This document shows positions 51,565 through 61,482 of a DNA stretch of 64,000 nt, in pieces. A model generated the notes under the pieces. The model saw only the letters and a program-made list of their open reading frames with translations. It was not told where the DNA came from and did not search any database. Positions within the stretch are counted from its first letter, which is position 1. Every line of letters starts with the position of its first letter. The position numbers and the translations under genes were made by a program. Origin of the DNA: Malacoraja senta (Eukaryota); the NCBI GenBank assembly GCA_038087875.1, contig JAXLNO010000051.1:248001-312000 (forward strand), in the 5' to 3' direction.

Positions 51565-54500
51565 ATGCATGACACCACACAAAAGAACCTAGGAGGAGTC
51601 TCATTTTGTAGTTGGAATATAAGAGGCATTAATGAACCTATCAAAAGGGGTAAGATATTAGCTCAGCTAAAAATGTATAATTCTGACATTACCTTCCTAC
51701 AAGAAACACACCTAAAACCTCAGGACCAAGTTAGGCTGAGGGCGAAATGGATAGGTCAAACATACCACTCTTCATTCACTTCAAAATCTAGAGGCACGTC
51801 AATTATCATAAGAAAAGGTATACCATTTAAAGCAAAGAATATTATAACAGATATAGAAGGGAGATACCTAATAGTTAATGGAGAAATCCATGACACTCCA
51901 CTTACTTTGGTAAATATATATGCCCCTAACTTTGATAACCCCCACTTTTTCAATAAAATCTTTAATATAATTGCAGAGTCAAACTATCAAAATGTTATAA
52001 TAGGCGGAGACTTTAATTGTGTTTTAGACCCGTACTTAGATAAATCAAGTCAAAAACAGAGAGGGAATATGAAATCGAAAACTGGGGAACTCCTCAATAC
52101 CTACATAAACAACACTAATATAGCAGATGTTTGGAGAATTGTGAACCCAACTGGCAGGGAATATTCGTTTTACTCAATGGTACATAAGACATACTCACGT
52201 ATAGACTACTTTCTGCTGGATACAAAATTAATCCCCCAAACATCTAATGCAATATATCATACAAATTCAATTTCAGACCATTCTCCACTAACTTTCTTTT
52301 TAAAACTGGAAGGATTGTCTAAGAATAATTCATTCTGGAGATTTAACTCTCAAATTTTAAAAGATCCACAAGCGAGTATATATTTAAAAGAACAAATGGA
52401 GGTCTTTTTTCAAACAAATGATACTTCAGATATATCGCCTACTTTACTTTGGGAATCTTTTAAAGCATACATTAGGGGTATTATAATTTCATATCAAGCT
52501 TTTCAAAATAAAAAGAATAAGAATGAACAAAGACAGTTAGAAGAACTTATTAGACAAATGGATATAGATAATGCTAAAGATCCAACAATAGATAAACATA
52601 ATAAAATAATAATTTTAAAATTTAAATTAAATAAATTATTATCTGCCAAACTTATAAGACTTTTTCAAATTACAAAACAAGAGCACTTTGAATTTGGGGA
52701 TAAACCGCATAAACTTTTGGCTCGCCAGCTAAAAAAACGAGAAAAGGAACATACTATACCAAAGATCAAATCAGATAAAGGGGAATTATTAACAACACCG
52801 AAGGATATTAATAAAAGATTTGCGCAATTTTACGAGAATTTGTATACATCTAAAACGATAATTGATTCCAATAATATCACAAAGTTCTTGGATACCTGTA
52901 ATCTTCCAAAGTTAGAGCTGAAGGAACAGGAGGAACTGGGTGCACAAATCTCAATTAAGGAATTAGAAGATACAATAAACTCACTAAAAAATGGAAAAAC
53001 ACCAGGCCCTGATGGATTTACTAATGAATTTTATAAAAACTTTTATGAAAAAATAATACCAAGATTACAAAAAATGTACCAATACGCTTTTAAAAAACGA
53101 ATACTACCTGATACATTAGCGGAATCAACGATTACATTAATACCTAAGAAAAATAAGGATTTAGAAGATCCTGGCTCATATAGAGCTATAGCATTGTTAA
53201 ACACAGATCAAAAAATATTAGCGAAAACATTAGCCAGAAGATTAAGTAAATACATTAGTAAATTAATAAACCCAGATCAGACAGGGTTTATCCCTAAGAG
53301 ATACTCTTCTAATAATATGAGACGTCTACTCAACATAATGCACTCACACAAATCTGAAGATCAAGAATTATCAATTATTTCGCTGGATGCTGAAAAAGCA
53401 TTTGATCAAGTAGAATGGAATTATATGGATAAAGTATTACAAAAATTTCAACTGGGAGAGAATTTTATTTTATGGATTAAGTTACTATATAACAAACCTA
53501 CAGCTAGAATACTTACTAATAACATATTATCCTCGAAATTTCAACTATCAAGGGGAAATAGACAAGGATGCTCATTATCACCACAGCTGTTTGCTCTCAT
53601 TATTGAACCGCTAGCAGAAAAAATTAGAATACACCCTGATATTCATGGATATAATACTAAAGACTCATATAATAAAATATCTTTATACGCGGATGATATA
53701 TTATTGTATATCACAAAACCTCAAATCACTATACCAAATATATTAAATTTAATTGAAGACTTCGGATCTTTTTCTGGATATAGAATAAATTGGAATAAAA
53801 GTGAAATTATGTCAATAAAACCGAAAGATTCAACACATCTTTTAAAATTCCCTTTTAAAATAGCTACAGAAAAATTTAAATATTTGGGAATCGAAATTAC
53901 CAGAGCATATCAAGGTATGCTCAGGGCAAATTTTGACCCCCTACTTAATAAACTGAATACATTAATTAAATTCTGGAAAACGCTTCCGATGTCTTTAATA
54001 GGCCGAATAAACGCAATAAAAATGATCTTTTTACCACAAATTTTATACCTATTTCAATCAATTCCTATATACTTACCTAAGAAGTTTTTTAAAAAACTCG
54101 ACTCAGATATCACTAATTTTATATGGGACTATAAATCACATAGAATACAAAAAACCCATCTGAATAAATCTAAAGTATTGGGGGGTCTAGCACTACCCAA
54201 TTTTATGTATTATTATTGGTCAGTAAATATTAAAAACATGATTCAACTGATGGATAACTCCGCCCAGCAAGTAGACTGGATTGTAATGGAGAAAGAGGAT
54301 TGCTCCTCTAGAAACATTGGAGCGATCCTCCTCTCTCCAATGAAATTGAATAACATAAACTATAATAAGAACCCAATTATTCATAGTACAATCCGTATTT
54401 GGAAACAAATAAAACAAAATTTAAAATTAAGAAACTTATCACTTTTATTACCTATAGTCAATAACCCTTCGTTTAGTCCTTCTATTATAGATAAAGCTTA

Positions 54501-55356
54501 TACACAATGGGATAGACTAGGAATTAAAACGCTTGGTGACTTGTATGAAACTGGAAAATTACTTTCATTTCAACAATTACAAATAAAATATAAACTCGGA
54601 AATAATCAATATTTTAAATACTTTCAAATATGCGACTATTTGAAAAAATATATAAAAGATCATCATAATAACCCAGCAGATGTACTGGACGAGGCAATGC
54701 AGACAAAAGCGGAATCAGCAAACTTAATATCATATTTGTACAATATTATCTTAAATGTACAAATACCATCTACGGAGGGTATCAGAAGAGACTGGGAACA
54801 AGAGTTAGCCATTAAAATTTCAAAGGAAAGTTGGAATGAATACTTATTAAAAGTACATAAATGCTCGATTAATGTAAGACACACTTTAATACAATTTAAA
54901 ATTTTACATAGATTATATTATTCGAAAACTAAAATTCATAAAATTTTCCCAAACGTATCATCTATTTGTGATAAATGTCAATCCCAAGAAGCAACTATAG
55001 CGCACTCATTTGTCTTCTGTACAAAAATTCAAAAATTTTGGAATGAAATTTTTGAAATCTTTACAAAGTTATTTAAAACAAGACTGATACCCAAAGCAGA
55101 ATGGATTATCTTCGGAATAACGGAAGATGATCCAGAACTAAATGTGTTTCAAAAGAAATTAATGGATTATGGGTTAATAACTGGAAAAAAGCTAATTCTA
55201 AAATTTTGGAAGAAGGCTCCAATACCAACTATAAATATGTGGATTTCAAATATGTTTGAAACACTACACCTTGAAGAGATAAGACTCCTCCTAGCAGGTA
55301 AACCAGATCACTTCCACCTGACGTGGTCTGCATTTATAGAATTATTACAAACATAG
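51565..55356 (+). CDS. L1 ORF2 protein (APE endonuclease, reverse transcriptase, CCHC domain), 1263 aa, uninterrupted
   Basis: SWNIRG, FLQETH, GGDFN, YSRIDY, SDHSP; PGPDGF, YRAIALLN, LDAEKAFD, GNRQGCSLSP, LYADD, KYLG; CDKCQSQEATIAHSFVFC. Confidence 0.97.
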   Translation: MHDTTQKNLGGVSFCSWNIRGINEPIKRGKILAQLKMYNSDITFLQETHLKPQDQVRLRAKWIGQTYHSSFTSKSRGTSIIIRKGIPFKAKNIITDIEGRYLIVNGEIHDTPLTLVNIYAPNFDNPHFFNKIFNIIAESNYQNVIIGGDFNCVLDPYLDKSSQKQRGNMKSKTGELLNTYINNTNIADVWRIVNPTGREYSFYSMVHKTYSRIDYFLLDTKLIPQTSNAIYHTNSISDHSPLTFFLKLEGLSKNNSFWRFNSQILKDPQASIYLKEQMEVFFQTNDTSDISPTLLWESFKAYIRGIIISYQAFQNKKNKNEQRQLEELIRQMDIDNAKDPTIDKHNKIIILKFKLNKLLSAKLIRLFQITKQEHFEFGDKPHKLLARQLKKREKEHTIPKIKSDKGELLTTPKDINKRFAQFYENLYTSKTIIDSNNITKFLDTCNLPKLELKEQEELGAQISIKELEDTINSLKNGKTPGPDGFTNEFYKNFYEKIIPRLQKMYQYAFKKRILPDTLAESTITLIPKKNKDLEDPGSYRAIALLNTDQKILAKTLARRLSKYISKLINPDQTGFIPKRYSSNNMRRLLNIMHSHKSEDQELSIISLDAEKAFDQVEWNYMDKVLQKFQLGENFILWIKLLYNKPTARILTNNILSSKFQLSRGNRQGCSLSPQLFALIIEPLAEKIRIHPDIHGYNTKDSYNKISLYADDILLYITKPQITIPNILNLIEDFGSFSGYRINWNKSEIMSIKPKDSTHLLKFPFKIATEKFKYLGIEITRAYQGMLRANFDPLLNKLNTLIKFWKTLPMSLIGRINAIKMIFLPQILYLFQSIPIYLPKKFFKKLDSDITNFIWDYKSHRIQKTHLNKSKVLGGLALPNFMYYYWSVNIKNMIQLMDNSAQQVDWIVMEKEDCSSRNIGAILLSPMKLNNINYNKNPIIHSTIRIWKQIKQNLKLRNLSLLLPIVNNPSFSPSIIDKAYTQWDRLGIKTLGDLYETGKLLSFQQLQIKYKLGNNQYFKYFQICDYLKKYIKDHHNNPADVLDEAMQTKAESANLISYLYNIILNVQIPSTEGIRRDWEQELAIKISKESWNEYLLKVHKCSINVRHTLIQFKILHRLYYSKTKIHKIFPNVSSICDKCQSQEATIAHSFVFCTKIQKFWNEIFEIFTKLFKTRLIPKAEWIIFGITEDDPELNVFQKKLMDYGLITGKKLILKFWKKAPIPTINMWISNMFETLHLEEIRLLLAGKPDHFHLTWSAFIELLQT

Positions 55357-56110
55357 GGTGCAAAAGTACTTTAAAAAAATAAAAAATTGAGGTCGGGTAA
55401 GGGGGGATGATAGTTGAAGAGTTGGTATGTCCTATTTACGTGATGCTCAAAAAAAAAACATTTGTTTTTCTTTTTTTCTCTCTCTCTTTTCTTTTCTTAG
55501 GGCCTATTTCTTAACTCCTTTTTTTTTTGTCTTTAATTTCGCTTTCATAGGGTCCTCGTCCTTTTTTTTTTTTTTTTTGTTTGTTGTTACATTTTCTACA
55601 CTTTTCTACACTTGCACTTTTTCCTTCACTTTCTTCTCTCTTTCAATCTTTTCTTTCTTTAGCGTAAAAAAAAAAAAATAAAGGGAGTACATTAATTGTA
55701 AGAAGATATAAATGACGAGTATTAATGTATGTGGCTGTGATGTAATGTACTTCTAATAAATAAAAATTAAAAAAAAAAAAAAAAAAAAAAAATTGTAACA
55801 AAAACTGGTTACCAAGGGACGAGTAGAGCGTCATTTGTAGCCAGGGTCCAGAGGGCAAGGAGCACCGCCACTTCACCTAGGGTCCAAAGGGTGAGGAGCG
55901 GTTACGGGAACTAGGGAGTGGGCGGGACCGAAGATATCCTGGTTAGGTTGCTCCTTGGCCTGGCCAATGCGTCCTTCTGCGAGCCATTGCATTTTTTTGG
56001 ATTAAAAACAAAGCTGGTTACCAAACTCATGGAACTTGGTCTCTGCGCATCCCTCTGCAAATGGATCCTCGACTTGCTAATCCACAGTCTGTTTGAATTG
56101 GTAGAAATAC

Positions 56111-59100
56111 TAAGATATCCATTATTGAGCAGCTAGCATACACCAACTAAGCGAATGTCATACTCCTGCAGGAGACACACTGCGAAACCGTGGAGAAATA
56201 CACAATACCTGAATTCACACTAGCTACTTTCACACCAAGTAGTATATATGGTCTGGCCACTTTCATCAGAGATGACACGGATTGGGCTATAGAAGGGCAG
56301 TCTGCAGAAGACTCAGATCTGGAATGGCTTGCAGTGAAGGTCCAGGACGTCACCATCATCAATGTGTACAAGCCACCCCCAGTGCGTCTGGCTACAACAT
56401 GCATACCAGTGTTCACCCCACCCTGTGTATACTCAGGTGACGTCAACTGCCACCACACCGAATGGGGCTACTCAAGATGGAATAGTGATGGAAACAGCGT
56501 CATAGATTGGGCATCCGCCAATCACGCTTCTGTATGATCCACAGGAGCCAAACAGCTTCCATTCAGCCCGCTGGAACACTGGTACAAACCCAGACCTAGC
56601 CTTTGCCAGTAACACAAATAACCACCAGTTACCAACGCGCCGGGTTCTGGAGAAATTCCCACGGTCACAGCACCGACCATCACTCATCACCACAACACCA
56701 CTGGTTGCTCCAACATCGAGCGGTGGAACTTCTGCAAGGCCGACTGGGACAAGTTCCAACAACTTACAAATGCAGCCACCTCGGGCCTTCCTCCCCCAGA
56801 CAGTCCCAACCTGGACTCTTCCAACCAAGCCTACTGCAACATGCTTATCAGTGCAGGCAAGAAAACCATCCCCCGTGGCTACCAGAGGGATTACATCCCA
56901 TGCTGGGATGACGAGTGTCACCAGATATACGAAGATCATACTGCTGCTGGTACCATAGAGGATTCTGAAACCACTACCACTACATTGCTCACACGCTTGG
57001 ATGAGAAACGACAAGAACGCTGGATTGAGACGGTTGAATCGAACGATTTCACCAACACGGTCAAGCATGGCACACAGTCAACCGCCTGACCGGCGGAGCT
57101 ACATCCAAACCCGACAAATGCCCAGTGACACAGTAACCATCATAGACCCTCAACTACCCCACGAGCAGGCTGGTTTCCGCCAAGGTCGATCCACTGCAGA
57201 CCAGGTAACCCTCCTCACCCAAGGCATCGAGGACTGCTTTGAGGCAAATGAAAAGGCAGGGGTTGTTCTTATGGATCTCACAGCTGCCTATGACACCGTG
57301 TGGCACCGGGGACTAACTGCAAAGCTACTTTGGGTGCTGCCAGACAGCCGCATGGTACGCTACATCGTGGAGCTGATATTTAACCGCAGCTTTGTGCTTA
57401 AGACCAGTGATGGACAGCAGAGTAGGATAGGTAGACTGCAGAATGGCGTCCCACAGGGATATGTCTTGACTCCGCTGCTTTTCACCGTGTACATCCATTA
57501 CCTTCCAGAGACCATCGCTGGAAAGTATGGGTATGCTGACGTTCTAGCCATCCTGATGAGACACAAATGGAGGCAGACAATCGAAAGCTCCTTGAGTCAA
57601 GACATGGGCACTTTGGCAGTATACCTACGACAGTGGCATCTAAAGCTGAGCGAAGTTCCTCTTGGATAGATGCAGACCGTTCTATCTGCCCAGAGAGTTT
57701 ACCTCCACTGTTGTGACTGCAGCCTATAATCCCCCTGAAGCTAATGCCAAGCTTGCAATGAAAGATCTGCATACTGCCATTAGCAAACAACAGACGCACA
57801 ACCCCGAGCCAGCATTCATTGTTGCGGGTGACTTCAATCACTCCAACCTGAAGACTGTACTCCCCAAATTCCACCAACATGTCTCCTTCGCCACTAGAGA
57901 AGACAAGACACTGGACAAAGTCTACACCAACATGGCTGAAGCTTACAAAGCCGTCCCCCTCCCCCACCTTGGACAGTCTGATCACCTCTGATTGTTCCTG
58001 CTCCCAAAGTACTCCACACTCATCAGACGGGTTAAACCCACTGTGAGGACAATTAAAGTCTGGTCAGAGGAGGCGGACTCCACACTTCAGCAGTGTATTG
58101 GAAACACTGACTGGAAGGCGTTTGCAGCCCAGGCCACCCTTGACTCCCACACGGACATTGACTCCTATACATCCGCTGTTCTGGACTTTATAAACTCCAC
58201 CATCAACAGTGTCACCTCCCTCAAACAGGTGACCATATTCCCGAATCAGAAGCCATGGATGAACAGCGAGGTCAGGCTACTGCTGAAAGCACGGGACACC
58301 GCTTTCAGGTCAGGCAATGCCCGAGCCTATAGTTCATCCAGGGCTAACCTGAAGAGGGGCATAAAGAAGGCCAAGCACTGCCATAAGCTCAGGATTGAGG
58401 AGCACTTCAACAACAACTCCGACCCCCGACGCATGTGGCAAGGCATCCAGTCCATCACGGACTTTAGACCCACCAACACCACCCGCACATCCAGCAACGC
58501 CTGCTTCCTTGAAGAGCTTAACCACTTCTATGGCCGCTTCGATAGGGACAATCTAGAGATGGCCATCAAGGCGGTGCTCCCTGCCGATCACCAGCCCCTC
58601 TCACTCATCCCCCTACGACGTGTACGTGGCACTGAGTAGGACTAATGCACGTAAGCCTGCTGGCCCTGACGGCATCCCCGGGCGCGTACTCATGGCCTGT
58701 GCTGCGCAGCTGACAGACGTCTGGACTGACATCTTCAACCTGTCACTAGCCCAAGCAGTTGTGCCCACGTGCCTTAAATCCACCTCCATCCGCCTTAACA
58801 CTCCACTGCGGCAAGCCTCAACGACTTCCGCCCAGTTGCACTTACTCCCATCATCGCCAAGTGCTTCGAGAGGCTGGTCCTGGCACAACCCAAAGGCTGC
58901 GTACCCCCCACATTGGATCCCTATCAGTTTGCCTACCGCAAGAACAGGAGTACGGAGGATGCCATCTCAACGGCACTTCACTCCGCCCTCTCCCACCTCG
59001 ACAACAGAGACACTTACGTAAGAATGCTGTTCATCGATTACAATTCAGCATTCAACACCATCATACCCTCTAAACTGATCACTAAACTCGGTGACCTGGG

Positions 59101-60320
59101 CATCGACCCCTCCCTCTGCAACTGGATACTGGACTTTTTAACCAACAGACCCCAGTCTGTTAGGTTAGACAAGCACACCTCTTCAACCCTCACCCTGAAC
59201 ACCGGCGTTCCACAGGGCTGTGTGCTGAACCCCCTCCTCTACTCCCTCTTCACCTATGACTGCACACCTGTACAAGGTACTAACACCGTCATCAAGTATG
59301 CAGATGATACAACAGTGATTGTCCTCATCAGTAACAACGATGAGTCGGCCTATAGGGAGGAGGTCCAGCTCCTAGCAGCATGGTGCGCTGTCAACAACCT
59401 GGCCCTTAACTCCAAGAAGACCAAGGAGCTCATTGTGGACCTCAGGAAGTCTAGGGGCGGCACGCACACCCCCATCCACATTAACGGGACGGAGGTGGAA
59501 CGTGTTTCCAGCTTCAGGTTCCTGGGGGTCAACATCTCCGATGACCTCTCTTGGACCCACAATACCTCAACTCTGGTCAAGAAGGCTCACCAGCGTCTCT
59601 TCTTCCTGAGGAGACTAAAGAAGTTTCATCTGTCTCCTCAGATTCTGGTGAACTTCTACCGCTGCACCATCGAGAACATCCTTACCAACTGTATCACAGT
59701 ATGGTATGGCAACTGCTCTGTCTACGACCGGAAAGCACTGCAGAGGGTGGTGAAAATTGCCCAACGTATCACCGGTTCCTCACTCCCCTCCATTGAGTCT
59801 GTCCAAAGCAAGCGATGTCTGCGAAGGGCGCGCAGCATCGTCATGGACTGCTCTCACCCCAACCACAGACTGTTTACCCTCCTCCCATCCGGGAGGCGCT
59901 ACAGGTCCCTCCGTTGTCGGACCAGCAGGTTCAGGAACAGCTGCTTCCCTGCGGCTGTTACACTACTCAACACTGTACCTCGGTGATTGCCAGTCACTCC
60001 CCCCCCCCGGACACCCCTCCCACCAGGATTTATTAGATTTATTTATTGCTCATACTTATGTCTCTCTTCTAGGGAGATGCTAACCGCATTTCGTTGTCTC
60101 TGTACTGTACACTGCACAATGACAATAAAGTTGAATCTGAATCTGAATCTGAATCTGAAGCCAAAACTGTGTCAACAGCATTCCATCTACACAACCATGA
60201 AGCTAAGCGAGAGCTAGCTGTCTTCGTTAACAACAGGCGCTTGGACTTCGAACAAACACCCACTTACCTCGCCGTCGGTGTTTGTTGCTTCAAAGGTTTA
60301 TGCTTCACTAACAAGAAGAA
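56111..60320 (+). mobile_element. Vingi/Ingi-like LINE, paralogue of 47269-48953, split by a Rex1 insertion
   Basis: Same motifs and shared internal deletions; TSD GGTAGAAATAC at 56100-56110 and 60321-60331. Confidence 0.75.
57656..60156 (+). mobile_element. Rex1/Babar LINE, 5'-truncated in the endonuclease, few lesions
   Basis: [67 protein letters not shown] 58913..59986; AATAAA and (GAATCT)n tail; GAAG on both flanks. Confidence 0.93.
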
Positions 60321-60820
60321 GGTAGAAATACGTCATCCTCAATAACAATCAATACGGGAGCACCTCAAGGCTGCGTGCTCAGCCCCCTGCTCCACTCACT
60401 CCATACTCATGACTGTGTAGCCGGACACAGTGCGAACTGGCTCTCAATATCAGTAAAACCAATGAACTGATTGTGGACTTTGGAAGAGGAAGAATGAGGT
60501 TCCACAATCCCGTCTATATCAACGGGACGATGGTGGAGAGAGTGAACATTTTCAAATTCCTGGCGTGCATATTTCCGAAGATCTTTCCTGGACCCAGCAG
60601 ACTGATGCAATTATAAATAAAGCATATCAACGCCTCTACTTCCTGAGAAGATTACGGAGATTCGGTGTGTCAAAGAGGATTCTCTTGAACATCTACAAGT
60701 GTAAAGTGGAGAACATATTGTCTGGTTGCATCATGGCCTGGTTCGACAACTACCCAGTCCATCACCGGCTGTAACCTCCCCACCATTGAAGGGATTTACC
60801 GGAGTCGCTGCCTCAAAAAA
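60321..60820 (+). mobile_element. Old Rex1 host fragment, right-arm copy
   Basis: ORF 60565..60774 HISEDLSWTQQTDAIINKAYQRLYFLRRL mirrors 46733..46942(-). Confidence 0.88.
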
Positions 60821-61416
60821 GAATTTGCCTTGGTGCTCCGCCCACAAGTCCTACTCGAACTCGAACTCGAGTTCGACATCGTGTTCGAGATAGAGTACGA
60901 GTTCGAGTGCGAATTCGAATTCGATATCGAGATCGAGTTCGAGATAGAGTTCGAGTTTGAGTTCGAGATAGATTTCGAGTTCGAGTTCGAGATAGATTTC
61001 GATTTCGAGATAAAGTTCGAGGTCGAGATAGTTCAAGTTCGAATTCGAGTTTTAGCTAGAGATAGTTCGAGTTCAAGATAGAGTTCGAGTTCGAGTTCAT
61101 GACAAAGTTCGAGATCGAGTTTGATATCGAGTTTGCGTTCGAGATAGTTCGAGATAGAGTTCAAGTTCGAAAGAGATTTCGAGCTATTTCGAGTTCGAGA
61201 TAAGAGTTCGACTTCGAGTTTTAGTTAGAGAGAGAGTTAGAGATAGAGTTCGAGAGAGAGTTCGAGAGCGAGTTCGAGATAGATTTCGAGATCGATTTCG
61301 AGTTCGAGAGAGAGTTAGAGTTCGTGATAGTTCGCGTTCAAGAAAGAGTTCGAGTTCAAATTCGCATTCGAGTTCGAGATCGAGATGGAATTCAAGATAG
61401 AGTTCGAGTTTGAGTT

Positions 61417-61482
<66 letters not shown>

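Larger units (their letters stand above)
49971..55792 (+). mobile_element. Fish-type L1 LINE, 5'-truncated in or near ORF1, intact ORF2, poly(A) tail
   Basis: ORF1, ~800-bp spacer, ORF2, T-rich 3' UTR, AATAAA at 55755, A run 55769-55792. Confidence 0.95.
55801..60968 (+). repeat. Right arm of an inverted duplication (left arm ~46540-49272)
   Basis: AAAACTGGTTACCAAGGGAC at 55801 is the reverse complement of 49253-49272; same order of Tx1-like, Rex1, Vingi, Rex1, truncated core and satellite; ORFs 47966..48874(-) and 56190..56537(+) begin with an identical peptide. Confidence 0.93.
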
